Below, in pieces: positions 48,306-58,406 of a stretch of 64,000 nt of DNA (positions are counted from its first letter, which is position 1; each line of letters opens with the position of its first letter). The notes under the pieces were generated by a model that saw nothing but the letters and a program-made list of their open reading frames with translations, was not told where the DNA came from and ran no database searches. The position numbers and the translations under genes were made by a program. Source of the DNA: Candidatus Sulfomarinibacteraceae bacterium. GTDB lineage: Bacteria; Acidobacteriota; Thermoanaerobaculia; Thermoanaerobaculales; Sulfomarinibacteraceae. Location: the NCBI GenBank assembly GCA_963796455.1, contig CAWCLO010000004.1, forward strand, positions 864,001-928,000, read 5' to 3'.

Positions 48306-48560
48306 GGCGGGCGTCCTCCAGGTTTCTGTCTGCTGAGCCGGTGCTCATCATCCCCCGGTTCGAGGTTTACCGCAAGATCACTCGTCGGGACAGATTGATC
48401 TGGTCGAAGGGTTTATGGTCGAATTTTGTGAGAAGGGAAACAATGTTAAATATACGTTGTCTCAAAATTAAATGCGCACTATTGATATAACTTGAATAAT
48501 TCGTCACATAGAGATAGATTGCTCCGGAGTGGAGTGGCCACCGTTTCCGGAGGGGGTTTC

Positions 48561-51500
48561 ATGGCGAATCGAAACGCACGGATCAGAGGCCGCCAACCTG
48601 ACTTGTGGGTTGTGAACAGCGTCCTTTTCCTAGCTGTGTTGTTGTCCGCATCGGCGGCTATCGGACAGGAAAACGAAGACTGTCTGATGTGCCACGAAGA
48701 CCCCGAACTGGTCGGGGAAAGGGCCGGAGAAGAGATCTCGGTCTTTGTCGATCCGCAAGGCTTTGCGGTCTCGGTCCACGCCGAATTTGCGTGCATCGAC
48801 TGCCACATGGAGCTTGACGGGGTCGAGTTGCCTCACGAGGACGTGCTCGAACCGGTTGATTGCGCCATGTGTCACGACGATATGGCCGCCGATCTCGCGG
48901 CCGGGCCGCACGGAAAATGGGCAGTGAATCCGGCTTCGCCGGCTGCGGCCTGCACCAGCTGTCACGGCACTCACGATGTGTTGGAGACCTCGAATCCGAA
49001 GTCACCGGTTCATCCATCGGTAGTCGATGGTGTGTGCGCGAAGTGCCACCCCGCCGAACCGAAAAAGGTTGCGAGGAGCCCTCACGGTGCGATCGTCGAT
49101 GGCCGACCGAACGCCAATTGCGTCGATTGTCACTCCGGGCACGGGGTGATTGCTCCCGTCGAGCCGCTCGCCCAGATCGAATCCTGCGGTCAGTGCCACG
49201 AGACGGTGGCGGCACAGAACCGCGCCTCCTTACATGGCCGGGCTGCGGTCAAGGGAGACCCGGCGGCGCCCAACTGCATCATCTGCCATGATCACCACGA
49301 AATTCTTTCTCATACCGACCCGGCGGCTGCTACGAATGTGGTCAATGTGCCGATGCTTTGTGGCCGGTGCCACCGCGAGGGCACCGAGGTTTCTCTGCAG
49401 CACGACATCCCGCAGGATCGTATCCTCGAGAATTTCTCGATGTCGGTGCATGGTGAAGCGCTGTTTCAAAAGGGCTTGACGGTTACTGCGGTCTGCAGCT
49501 CGTGCCACACGGCGCACAATATCCTCGACCACAACAACCCACAGTCTTCGATCGCACGTGAAAATGTCGCCCGGACCTGCATGACTTGTCATGCCCGAAT
49601 CGAAGAGGTGCACGTCAAGGTGATCGAGGGCAGGTTGTGGGAAGAAGAACCGCACAAGGTTCCTTCCTGCGTCGAGTGCCACCAGCCGCACAAAATTCGT
49701 CGTCGTGCGGTTTCGCCCCAGGAGGCGAGCTCACGGCGCTGTCTGGAGTGCCACACCAACCCCGAACTCTCGACGGAGCGTGACGGCGAGACGGTGTCGT
49801 TGTTCATCGATGAGGAAGTCTACGGCTTTACCTCACATGCTGAGATCGCGTGCGCACAATGCCACACCGAGGTGACTCCCAACCACGCCGAGAGAGCCTG
49901 CGCCACCATCACCTCCCGGGTTGACTGTGGGATCTGCCACGCGCAGGCGGTCCAGGAGCACGACACCAGCCGCCACGGCCAACTCGCTGCAGCTGGAGAC
50001 GCCGATGCGCCGACATGCACCGATTGTCATGGCGACGCGCACGCGACGGTAGAGCACCGGTTGCCGACCTCGCCGACCTATGTCCGTAACGTCCCCGAGT
50101 TGTGTGGCACCTGCCACGGGAAGGGCGAGAGTGCCGATCTGCGCCTCGGCGACGACCGGGACATTGTTGCCACATATCTGGACAGCGCGCACGGACGCGG
50201 CCTGATGGGCAGCGGGCTGGTGGTGTCCGCAAGCTGTATCGACTGCCACACCGCACACACCGCTCTCCCGCACGACGATCCGGGATCGTCGGTCAATCAC
50301 TCGCGGATCACCGAGACCTGCGGCAATTGCCACAAGGGCATCGAGGAGCAGTTCAAAAACAGCATTCACTGGGCCGACAACGTCGTCACCAATGAGGAGC
50401 TTCCAACCTGCGAGAGCTGCCACATGTCGCACGAGATTACCCGGATCGATGCGCAGGGCTTCCGGATGCAGATGATGAATCAGTGCGGACACTGTCACGA
50501 GGACTACACGGAGACCTTCTTCGAGACCTATCACGGCAAAGTGACGCAACTCGGGTCCGAAGGCGCGGCGAAGTGTTACGACTGCCACGGAACCCATAAT
50601 ATTCTGCCGGCGGAAAATCCGGATTCGACCCTGAGCCACTGGAACAAGGTTCAAACCTGTGCAACCTGCCACCCCAAAGCCCACCGCCAGTTTGCGGGTT
50701 ATCTGACCCACGCGACCCACCACGACAAGGACCGCTACCCCTTCCTCTTCTATTCGTTCTGGTTCATGACGATCCTGCTCGTCACGACTCTGAGCTTTGC
50801 AGTTCTGCATACGATGGCCTGGCTGTTCCGTCTGTGGCGAACCAAGGACCAGTGGATCGCCCACAAGAACGGTGGTGAAACGAAGTTCTACCGCCGGTTC
50901 AGCCTGACTCAACGGATCATGCACTTCATCATGATTCTGAGTTTCTTCACCCTTGCCCTGACCGGCATGGCGTTGAAATTCTCGTACATGGGTTGGGCGG
51001 TCGTTCTCTCCCGCGCCCTGGGTGGATTCGACACCATGGGCACCCTCCACCGGATCGGCGCGGTGGTCTTGATCCTGCTCTTCATGTATCACCTGAGGGA
51101 AGTCTGGCGAGATTTCCGCGGCGGGGACAAGGGGATCTTCAGTTTCATCTTCAGCAAGAACTCGCTGATGTTCAATCTCACGGATATCCGTCAGGTCTTC
51201 GAATCGATCAAGTGGTTCTTCGGGCGCGGTCCGCGTCCTGAATACGGCCGCTACACCTACTGGGAAAAGTTTGATTATTTCGCGGTGTTCTGGGGCGTAT
51301 TCGTGATCGGATCGACCGGTCTCATGCTCTGGTTCCCCGAGTTCTTCACCATCTTGTTCCCGGGTTGGGCGCTCAACGTCGCCACGATCATTCACTCCGA
51401 TGAGGCGCTGCTCGCCGTCGCCTTCATTTTCACCATTCACTTCTTCAATACCCATTTCCGTCCCGACAAGTTCCCGATGGATCCGGTGATCTTTACCGGC

Positions 51501-51713
51501 AGGGTCGGAGTCAACGAGCTGAAGCACGACAAACCTGCAGAGTATGAGGAGTTCATCGAGAACGCCACGCCGGAGGAGCTCGAAAGACGGATTGCTGATG
51601 CGGCGGATCCGAGGCTCTCGAAGGCGGCAAAGATCATCGGCTTCACGGCTTTGACGATCGGTCTGTCGTTGATCGCGCTTATCGTGTACACGATGTTTGT
51701 CGGGTATCGCTGA
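48561..51713 (+). CDS. Multiheme cytochrome c (23 CxxCH) fused to a cytochrome b domain (CbcL-like)
   Basis: 23 CxxCH counted by eye; C-terminal TM domain with RYTYWEKFDYFAVFWG and IHSDEALLA...IHFFNTH. Confidence 0.93.
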   Translation: MANRNARIRGRQPDLWVVNSVLFLAVLLSASAAIGQENEDCLMCHEDPELVGERAGEEISVFVDPQGFAVSVHAEFACIDCHMELDGVELPHEDVLEPVDCAMCHDDMAADLAAGPHGKWAVNPASPAAACTSCHGTHDVLETSNPKSPVHPSVVDGVCAKCHPAEPKKVARSPHGAIVDGRPNANCVDCHSGHGVIAPVEPLAQIESCGQCHETVAAQNRASLHGRAAVKGDPAAPNCIICHDHHEILSHTDPAAATNVVNVPMLCGRCHREGTEVSLQHDIPQDRILENFSMSVHGEALFQKGLTVTAVCSSCHTAHNILDHNNPQSSIARENVARTCMTCHARIEEVHVKVIEGRLWEEEPHKVPSCVECHQPHKIRRRAVSPQEASSRRCLECHTNPELSTERDGETVSLFIDEEVYGFTSHAEIACAQCHTEVTPNHAERACATITSRVDCGICHAQAVQEHDTSRHGQLAAAGDADAPTCTDCHGDAHATVEHRLPTSPTYVRNVPELCGTCHGKGESADLRLGDDRDIVATYLDSAHGRGLMGSGLVVSASCIDCHTAHTALPHDDPGSSVNHSRITETCGNCHKGIEEQFKNSIHWADNVVTNEELPTCESCHMSHEITRIDAQGFRMQMMNQCGHCHEDYTETFFETYHGKVTQLGSEGAAKCYDCHGTHNILPAENPDSTLSHWNKVQTCATCHPKAHRQFAGYLTHATHHDKDRYPFLFYSFWFMTILLVTTLSFAVLHTMAWLFRLWRTKDQWIAHKNGGETKFYRRFSLTQRIMHFIMILSFFTLALTGMALKFSYMGWAVVLSRALGGFDTMGTLHRIGAVVLILLFMYHLREVWRDFRGGDKGIFSFIFSKNSLMFNLTDIRQVFESIKWFFGRGPRPEYGRYTYWEKFDYFAVFWGVFVIGSTGLMLWFPEFFTILFPGWALNVATIIHSDEALLAVAFIFTIHFFNTHFRPDKFPMDPVIFTGRVGVNELKHDKPAEYEEFIENATPEELERRIADAADPRLSKAAKIIGFTALTIGLSLIALIVYTMFVGYR

Positions 51714-51740
51714 GAAAATCCGGCCGAGGAATCAACACAC

Positions 51741-51768
51741 AGCCCCCTCGAAAGAGGGGGCTTTTCTT
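51741..51768 (+). terminator. Rho-independent terminator
   Basis: agccccctc-gaaa-gagggggct followed by tttctt. Confidence 0.85.
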
Positions 51769-52654
51769 ATGCGTCGACGGCCTCCCCGCCCCGTGGGAGA
51801 GCGGTGCCCGAGCGGTTGTAAACCCAGGTCAGCGCGATCGCAAAGAGGGTTGCAGCCACTCCAAGCCCGGCATCAAGCACCCGCGGTGCCGTGAGGGCGA
51901 GGCGGATCATCACTGTCGCCACCGCAAAACCGAAGTAGCGAAAGACCACCGGGTAGGCGACGCTGTAGCGAAGCGAAATCAAGACGATCAGCACGTCGGC
52001 AAAAATCAACACGGTGTAAAAGACCTCAAAGAAGGAGTGTTCGACCGCGCCGTTCCACCATGCCCAGGCGATTTCGGCGCCGATCACCACCAGGCTGGCC
52101 AGCAGTACCAGGGCAATGATCTTTTTTGCCGCCACGAACGACGACTGGTCGTCGGGGTCCTTTGAGATCGGTCGGTGGGTCTGCATGCGAAAATACAGGA
52201 CCAATAACCCGAAAATGATCAGCGCTCCTGAAGCGTCGGACAGAATATAGAGAACCCTCCGGGTTATTTCTCCGGACGAAAGATCCCAAACAATCGGCTC
52301 CGGAAAATAGGTCAGTTCTTTGAACGATTGTCGTATCAGGATCAGGGACATGATCTCGAGTTGTTTCCCGACCGCAATCGCCACCGAATCGGCCAATGCG
52401 AAGACCAGGGATATCACCTCAGCCAACAGAAGTAGATTGAGGGGCAGCAGAATCGCTACGAAGTGGTTTTCCGGGACCGCGTTGTGCAGCCCGGTCGGGA
52501 TCCAACCCTGGCGCCGTATTTCGACGGCCACCAAACCGACCAAAAAGGAAACCACCAGCAGTGTCGCGACCCTCCGTTGCGTGGCGAGCGCATGCCAACG
52601 ATGCTCGAGGGTGTCGAATAACGAGCTTGTCATGCTCAAGCGTCGATTGGACAT
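51767..52654 (-). CDS. Polytopic membrane protein (about 7 TM)
   Basis: Hydrophobic ORF starting 2 bp after the stop of the upstream gene. Confidence 0.82.
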   Translation of the reverse strand: MSNRRLSMTSSLFDTLEHRWHALATQRRVATLLVVSFLVGLVAVEIRRQGWIPTGLHNAVPENHFVAILLPLNLLLLAEVISLVFALADSVAIAVGKQLEIMSLILIRQSFKELTYFPEPIVWDLSSGEITRRVLYILSDASGALIIFGLLVLYFRMQTHRPISKDPDDQSSFVAAKKIIALVLLASLVVIGAEIAWAWWNGAVEHSFFEVFYTVLIFADVLIVLISLRYSVAYPVVFRYFGFAVATVMIRLALTAPRVLDAGLGVAATLFAIALTWVYNRSGTALPRGGEAVDA

Positions 52655-52656
52655 CT

Positions 52657-55600
52657 TCAATCCTCTGAAGTTTCAACCAACGATTGATAAAGTCCGGCAT
52701 ATCTCCGTTCGACGGTGAAACCCATGCGGTAGAAGAATTGGGGCCTGAAGAAACCGGTGGTCAGCGAAGTGAATCCTGCCGTACGCAGGCGATTACGCAG
52801 CTCCTCCAACAGGGCGCCTGCAATGCCTCGGCCCTGGAAGTGATCGGCGACAACGATCTTGTCCATGTGGGCGGTATGGGCTTCGCTGTCCTCTTCATAA
52901 AATAGCCCGCCGATGAGGCTGCCGCGGTCGCTCAGAACCACCAGGAAACGGTGCTCGGGGCGGAATTGGACCGGCATCTTTGCGCTCAGGAAGAGCCGGT
53001 GGAGGCGACCGACTTCTTTGGGACTGAGCGCGTGGCGAATCTGATAGCGTTCTCCGTCGCCGTCCTCGTGAGTGACCACCATCTCGCTCTGTTGGGTTCC
53101 TCCGGTCGCCGCTGCAACGTATTCGACTTCGTCGTCCGGTCGGAGATATGGGTACGAAAGGCGGGCGAGGAAGTAATCCTCCTCCGCGTCGAGGGTCAGG
53201 TGAGCCCGGAGGTCGGCGACGGCGGAGCTGAGTTCGTCGGTATTGAGTTCGCCGCTGCGAAGCCGTGCTATCAGCTCCTCCAGACCGCTGGCAAGGACTT
53301 CGGAACTTTCTCTGAAGACGGTTTCGCGGAAGAACCGGGCTCGCGCTTCGGGGTAATTCGGCTGAAGACTACCGAGACCATAGGTCATGAAGATCTCCTG
53401 CAGCGTCTCGGCTCTGGCAGTCAGGGTCGCGTCGGAGTTCAATCGTTGCCAGCGGCGGTATCTCCTTGCTGCAAAGAACAGCCGCCGCGGGAGAAAGCCG
53501 CGTCGGCCCACCGACTCGAGAAAAACTTCGAGGCTCTCCGCCATCTCCTGATCTTCGGTCAGTGCCGATTCGAGAACCACGCGCAGCAGCGCGGCCCCCT
53601 CCTGTTCGCCGACAACTTCGAGCACCGCAGAAAATAGGATCTTCCAATTGGCGACACCCTCGAGTTCCGGGTGCTCCGCTTCGACCGGTTTGATGAAGTG
53701 GCGCTCGAAATTTCGCAGCATGGTTGGCAGCGAATCGAATGGAGCTCGGGAGGAAATCGAAACCAATCGCGCGCCGGTGTGGTAATCGTGCATGGGAACG
53801 ATGACATTTGCCGGTGAAGGGTCGGATACCACAAGGCGGCGTCCGGTGCGGTTCCAAAAATCCACATAGGCGCTGACTGCCGACCACGCGGCGAAGGGCC
53901 ACCAATCGATGAGGCGATCGGGCTGGTCGGGGTGTTTGCGCGCCAGACGCTGAAGGGCGTGGTCGAGGGTCTCGCCGGGGATGAACTCCTCGGTCCAGAG
54001 ATCGTGCTCGGGCCATGCGCCGCCGAAGATCTCCACCAGCGGACCCACTCCCTGGGCCTCGCTGCACACGATCAGCCAGTTGATCTCCTCTTCGGCGACA
54101 TCGCTCGGCAGGTCGCGGTTGAGGTTGAGCGCGAGATTTAACTGTTCTCGGTCGCGGGTCCTGATCGCAACCCGATAAACGGACTTGCCATGTGAGGATC
54201 CGAGAAGCCTTACCCAGACTCCACCGGGAAGGATATCGTCAAGGCGAACTGTCTGGGGTGTGTTGCCGAAGAGGAACGACGCTTCGCGCAGGACGGGCAC
54301 CGATTGCAGGGCCTGCAATATGCGGGTCTGGGCCTCGTCGTCGACGTCGTCGGAAAACTCGACCACGTCCTCCCAGCGGTATTCGAGACCGGTCTCCGAA
54401 TCGACCGCCACCCTCGATGGGGAACCGAGCCAGATTCTGAAGCCCTGCGCCAGCTTTCTCTTGCCCTCTGCGGCGAGTTCCCGCGCTTCCGGGAGATCAT
54501 TGATCATCACCGCCCGGGTGAAGAAGCCCCGCAGGCGACGGTACTGGCTGGGGTGGGACGAACCATACCTCGAGAGAAAGTCACACATCGGTTGTAACGA
54601 CGGATCGAGCTTGTCCTTCGATCGATGGCACCGATCCTCCGCCTCGTCGATAAAGGCGGAGATCCGATCGGACGACAGATCGCGGTCCACCAGAACCGAG
54701 ATCGTGTCACTGTCGAGCAGGTTCTCACCGCTATCGAGAAAGCGGCCGAGTGTTCTGCGATAGCGGGATGGGATCTCCGCCGTAGCCACGACCTGAAACG
54801 CACGACGGCGGACGGTGACGGATCGTGAATCGGCGCCGCGGCGGAGAATACGTAAAACGTATTCGGTGAACTCGTTGTGTTCGATGTGCAGCAGATGATC
54901 GAGGATCTTGACCGCCGCCACCGCGATGTCGTCGTCGTCCGCCGAGAGCAAGAGAGCGGCACGGTGGAGATCCAGTAGCTCGACCTCCTGTCGCCGGAGC
55001 AACATTGGGATCGCCTCACGATCTTCTGCGGTCGCCTCATAGTTGCCGGCTTGGCGGAGCCAATCGGCGGACACGCTGCGGCGCCGCCGCCGGTTGCGCT
55101 GAACCGGTTCCAAAGGCGCAAACTTCACCAGCTCGTCGTTGCCGAGCCACAGGCGCGGAACCGACAGAAGGTGTCCGAGATCGATAGCCCGTCGGTAGGG
55201 TCGGTAAACGGCTGAACCGATACGCACCGCATCTTCGCCCTCGCGCCGGATAGTGAGTGCAGAGGCGTGTGACGTCAGAAAAAGCTGATCACCTTCGATC
55301 CGGAGATCCTGGGCGGTGATTCCGAGCGCCTGGAAGATCCAGTTGGGCACGACCACCGTGGCGTCGCCCACATTGAGGTGGCGGCGCCGATAGAGGAGGC
55401 TGATCTGTTCGGAAAAGGACCGTTCGATTGTCTTGCGGCGGTAGGTGCCTTTTGGGGTGAGCTCACCGCGATCGCCCGAGAAATCCCGGTCGATGATGGC
55501 GAAGTCGATGATGCGCTCATAGGGAGCGAGGAAGGAGTTCGCGCTGACCACGAGTGAACGGAAGTGGCTCTTGAGGTCATCCGGAGACAACGACCCGAGA

Positions 55601-57420
55601 TCGAGTTCCTTGAAATCGGCGTTGGGATAGATCAGTGCGGTGTTGTAGGGCCGGTGGTCGCCGACCAGAAAAATCCGTTCAACCGAATCAAAATCGCGGA
55701 AAAGATTCTCGACCTTTTGTGGCGCGATGGTTTCGCCGTGGATATTTTTGTAGATCTCCTTTTTACGATCGACGATTCGGATGAAGCCTTCCTCGTCCCG
55801 TTCCATCAGATCGCCGGTGTGGAACCATCCGTCGTCGTCAAAGGAGGGCGTGTCATCGGGAGGATCGAGATATCCGACCATGACGTACGGGCCACGGATG
55901 ATCAACTCGCCGTCATCCGCCAGGTCGATCTCGACACCGGGCAGGGCCGGGCCGAGTGAATCCTCCTTGTAGCGCCCGGGCGGGGTCATCGTGATCCCGC
56001 CGGTCGCTTCAGTCATGCCGAACCCACTCATCAGCTCAACGCCGTTGCGCTGGAAGAACCGAAAGATCTCCGGATCCAGATAACCCGCCGCGGACAATCC
56101 CCAACGCAGCCCGCTGCCGACCACCGCCCTGACAGCGGTCTGGACCTCGTCATCGTCGGCGGCGACGACATCGACGCTCTGCCGTACCTGGTCATACAGC
56201 TGCATCCATTTCATCGGGACGCTGATCAGGACGGTGGCCTCGTCTTCGCGCATTTGGCGCGCCAGCGTGTCGATGCTTGGATCTTCCGCAAAGCAATAAG
56301 TGGCGCCCCAGAAGATGCACCCGGTCATTTCCAGGAAGCGACCGAAGGTGTGGAAGAGGGGAAGATAGCTGAGAAAGACATCGTCCTCGCCGATTTTTGG
56401 CAAGGCGAGGGCGCGCGCGAATCGTTTGAAAACGATGTTGCGCTGGGTGAAACAGATTCCCTTGGGTGTGCCGGTGGTGCCGGAGGTATACATGACCGAC
56501 GCGACATCGTCGATTTTTTGCTTCAGCCGCCGGTCGGCAAGCTCCTGCGCCGTGATCTCGGATGATCGGGCGAGCAGTTGATCGAAAGCCACCACCTCTC
56601 TGTGACCCGAGCCGGCCGCGGGGTCGAATACGAAAATCGCCTCGAGACCCGGGAGTTGGTCCCGTACGTTGAGGACCTTCTGCAATTGTTCCTTGTCGGA
56701 GACCACAAGGGCACCGACATTCGCATGGTCGAGGATGTAGGCGACATCGGTTTCGGTGGCGGTGGCAGGTACGATCACGTTGCGGATGCCCGAGGTCAGA
56801 CAGGCGAGATCGGCGAGGGCCATTTCGAGGCTGTTCCCCGACAGGATCGCGAGCGGCCGATCATCCAGAGGGGCGGTGGCTGCGAGGAGCGCGCGGGCGA
56901 TGAGATCGACTCTTCCGGCCACCTGCCACCAACTGATTTTCCGCGTCGAACCGTCGGCAGGGACCCGGAACAATGTTCGTTCACCATAACCCGCCGCTCG
57001 TTGTACAAAGAGGTGGCCGAAGGTGAAATTGGAGGCCTCAATCAGGGCAAGTATCCGATGCGCCCAATCGTCGGTTGTGCCTTCGCCGGTGATTCGTTGC
57101 AGAACGGCGGATCGTCGGAGCACATCCAGGAGTTGCCAGGAGATCCGCCGAACTGCCGGATCGTCGCCTTGTTCCTTGCCACGGTCGAGACATCGTTGGG
57201 TGAGGATCTCGAGGCATTCCAGGGGAAGGTGATCGAGGAGCGGATCTCCGTCGCGGCGATCGGCCAGGAGATCGACGATCTCGGAATCGTCACCGAATTC
57301 CAGAACCGGCGACGAGGCGAGGGATTCGACGATCTTGGAGAGCTTGATAGAGGCCTCTTCGGGGGCCAGTTCTCGGAGGTCGTCGAATGGGATCGTGTTG
57401 TGAGTTTGAGTTTCATCCAT
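52657..57420 (-). CDS. Multidomain protein: long-chain acyl-CoA ligase, helical repeats, kinase-like domain, GNAT
   Basis: MYTSGTTGTPKG, GFGMTE, WFHTGD, IVDRKK; WTEEFIPGETL...SDPSPANVIV; VADHFQGRGIA...FFYRMGF. Confidence 0.9.
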   Translation of the reverse strand: MDETQTHNTIPFDDLRELAPEEASIKLSKIVESLASSPVLEFGDDSEIVDLLADRRDGDPLLDHLPLECLEILTQRCLDRGKEQGDDPAVRRISWQLLDVLRRSAVLQRITGEGTTDDWAHRILALIEASNFTFGHLFVQRAAGYGERTLFRVPADGSTRKISWWQVAGRVDLIARALLAATAPLDDRPLAILSGNSLEMALADLACLTSGIRNVIVPATATETDVAYILDHANVGALVVSDKEQLQKVLNVRDQLPGLEAIFVFDPAAGSGHREVVAFDQLLARSSEITAQELADRRLKQKIDDVASVMYTSGTTGTPKGICFTQRNIVFKRFARALALPKIGEDDVFLSYLPLFHTFGRFLEMTGCIFWGATYCFAEDPSIDTLARQMREDEATVLISVPMKWMQLYDQVRQSVDVVAADDDEVQTAVRAVVGSGLRWGLSAAGYLDPEIFRFFQRNGVELMSGFGMTEATGGITMTPPGRYKEDSLGPALPGVEIDLADDGELIIRGPYVMVGYLDPPDDTPSFDDDGWFHTGDLMERDEEGFIRIVDRKKEIYKNIHGETIAPQKVENLFRDFDSVERIFLVGDHRPYNTALIYPNADFKELDLGSLSPDDLKSHFRSLVVSANSFLAPYERIIDFAIIDRDFSGDRGELTPKGTYRRKTIERSFSEQISLLYRRRHLNVGDATVVVPNWIFQALGITAQDLRIEGDQLFLTSHASALTIRREGEDAVRIGSAVYRPYRRAIDLGHLLSVPRLWLGNDELVKFAPLEPVQRNRRRRRSVSADWLRQAGNYEATAEDREAIPMLLRRQEVELLDLHRAALLLSADDDDIAVAAVKILDHLLHIEHNEFTEYVLRILRRGADSRSVTVRRRAFQVVATAEIPSRYRRTLGRFLDSGENLLDSDTISVLVDRDLSSDRISAFIDEAEDRCHRSKDKLDPSLQPMCDFLSRYGSSHPSQYRRLRGFFTRAVMINDLPEARELAAEGKRKLAQGFRIWLGSPSRVAVDSETGLEYRWEDVVEFSDDVDDEAQTRILQALQSVPVLREASFLFGNTPQTVRLDDILPGGVWVRLLGSSHGKSVYRVAIRTRDREQLNLALNLNRDLPSDVAEEEINWLIVCSEAQGVGPLVEIFGGAWPEHDLWTEEFIPGETLDHALQRLARKHPDQPDRLIDWWPFAAWSAVSAYVDFWNRTGRRLVVSDPSPANVIVPMHDYHTGARLVSISSRAPFDSLPTMLRNFERHFIKPVEAEHPELEGVANWKILFSAVLEVVGEQEGAALLRVVLESALTEDQEMAESLEVFLESVGRRGFLPRRLFFAARRYRRWQRLNSDATLTARAETLQEIFMTYGLGSLQPNYPEARARFFRETVFRESSEVLASGLEELIARLRSGELNTDELSSAVADLRAHLTLDAEEDYFLARLSYPYLRPDDEVEYVAAATGGTQQSEMVVTHEDGDGERYQIRHALSPKEVGRLHRLFLSAKMPVQFRPEHRFLVVLSDRGSLIGGLFYEEDSEAHTAHMDKIVVADHFQGRGIAGALLEELRNRLRTAGFTSLTTGFFRPQFFYRMGFTVERRYAGLYQSLVETSED

Positions 57421-57716
57421 ACGGCGGATGATACCCGTGTATCAGACAGTTGAGAAGCAGCGGTTTGAGGGGACGACACGCCGGTTTGTCCACGAGCTTC
57501 CAGCAAGAATCCGAACCGTCGAAGGAAATGTTCGTCGAGACTCCCACTGGGCGCTCGATAATGACCCACGGCGGGGAGACCGCAGATCACGCGGATGAGA
57601 AAGCAGAAACCTAACCCAATACCACCCGATCTCGATTGACATGAGGTCGTGCTGGTTGTGGCAACACCGGCTGAAGGTCATTGTGAGCGGCGGTGCCGGA
57701 TGATTCTTCAATATGT

Positions 57717-57862
57717 TGTCATCCTGAGCGGAGGCGAAGCCGAAGTCGAAGGATCTGCGTTTTCGGATTTTTCCGTCGATGCTATAGATCCTTCGACTAC
57801 GCCCCTTCCGGCTTCGCCTTTCAGGCTACGCCGTGACAAGGCGGGGCTCCGCTCAGGATGAC
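57717..57862. repeat. Single REP-like TGTCATCCTGAGC...GCTCAGGATGAC hairpin (family A core)
   Basis: Nested inverted repeats including agtcgaaggatct/agatccttcgact. Confidence 0.9.
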
Positions 57863-58092
57863 GTTGAGAGACGCCGCCCCCGGAAAGTCATGATGTGGAG
57901 TCGGTGAGCGCCGGAGGCGCGACAGATAATGAGCCTGGGGCGTGAGCCCCAGGTACCGGGCCTAAAATTAGAATCAGCCCCGGAGGGGCGACAGATCCAT
58001 CGCCTGGACCTGACGGATGAACTCAACACCGTGTCCCGCCCGTTCCGAACGCAGCCTCATTTCCTGGAGCCTGCTGGTCTTCGAGGTGGGAG

Positions 58093-58344
58093 TCAGTCGA
58101 CCAACAGTGTCGCGATCCACCCGTCCCGGTAGTCGATGATGCGCCACTCGACCCCGTTGTAGGTAAACTCGTCACCGATTCCCGGCTCCTCCGAGAGATA
58201 CAAGATCATCGAGTCGGGGGATTGATTCTCCCAGGTGGCGTCAATCAACGATTGTGCACTGCTCGGCGCCGCTGAATCACCGGCGCCCAATAGCAGGACC
58301 CGGTTGCCGGATTCGGATTCATCGAGTTCGATCCGTGAAGACAT
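58093..58344 (-). CDS. Hypothetical protein (83 aa)
   Basis: Acidic ORF with plausible composition. Confidence 0.65.
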   Translation of the reverse strand: MSSRIELDESESGNRVLLLGAGDSAAPSSAQSLIDATWENQSPDSMILYLSEEPGIGDEFTYNGVEWRIIDYRDGWIATLLVD

Positions 58345-58406
58345 GATTCGAGTGTACCGGGTTTCCCCAGGGGGATGTAGGATCGACCCTGGCGGGAGGG
58401 GTTGTC

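Noticed and set aside
48390..48445. FNR-like (ttgatctggtcgaa) and Rex-like (ttgtgagaagggaaacaa) boxes between the cytochrome genes
   Set aside because: Only one half-site matches well in each case, which is not enough without comparative data.
49833..51527. Long antisense ORFs (also 39656-40867, 60521-61834, 30241-31452)
   Set aside because: They are shadow frames of high-GC genes on the opposite strand and have no motifs of their own.
57929..58075. REP-like remnant (cctggggcgtgagccccagg; gccccggaggggc)
   Set aside because: Single degenerate copy in the window, so its boundaries cannot be supported.
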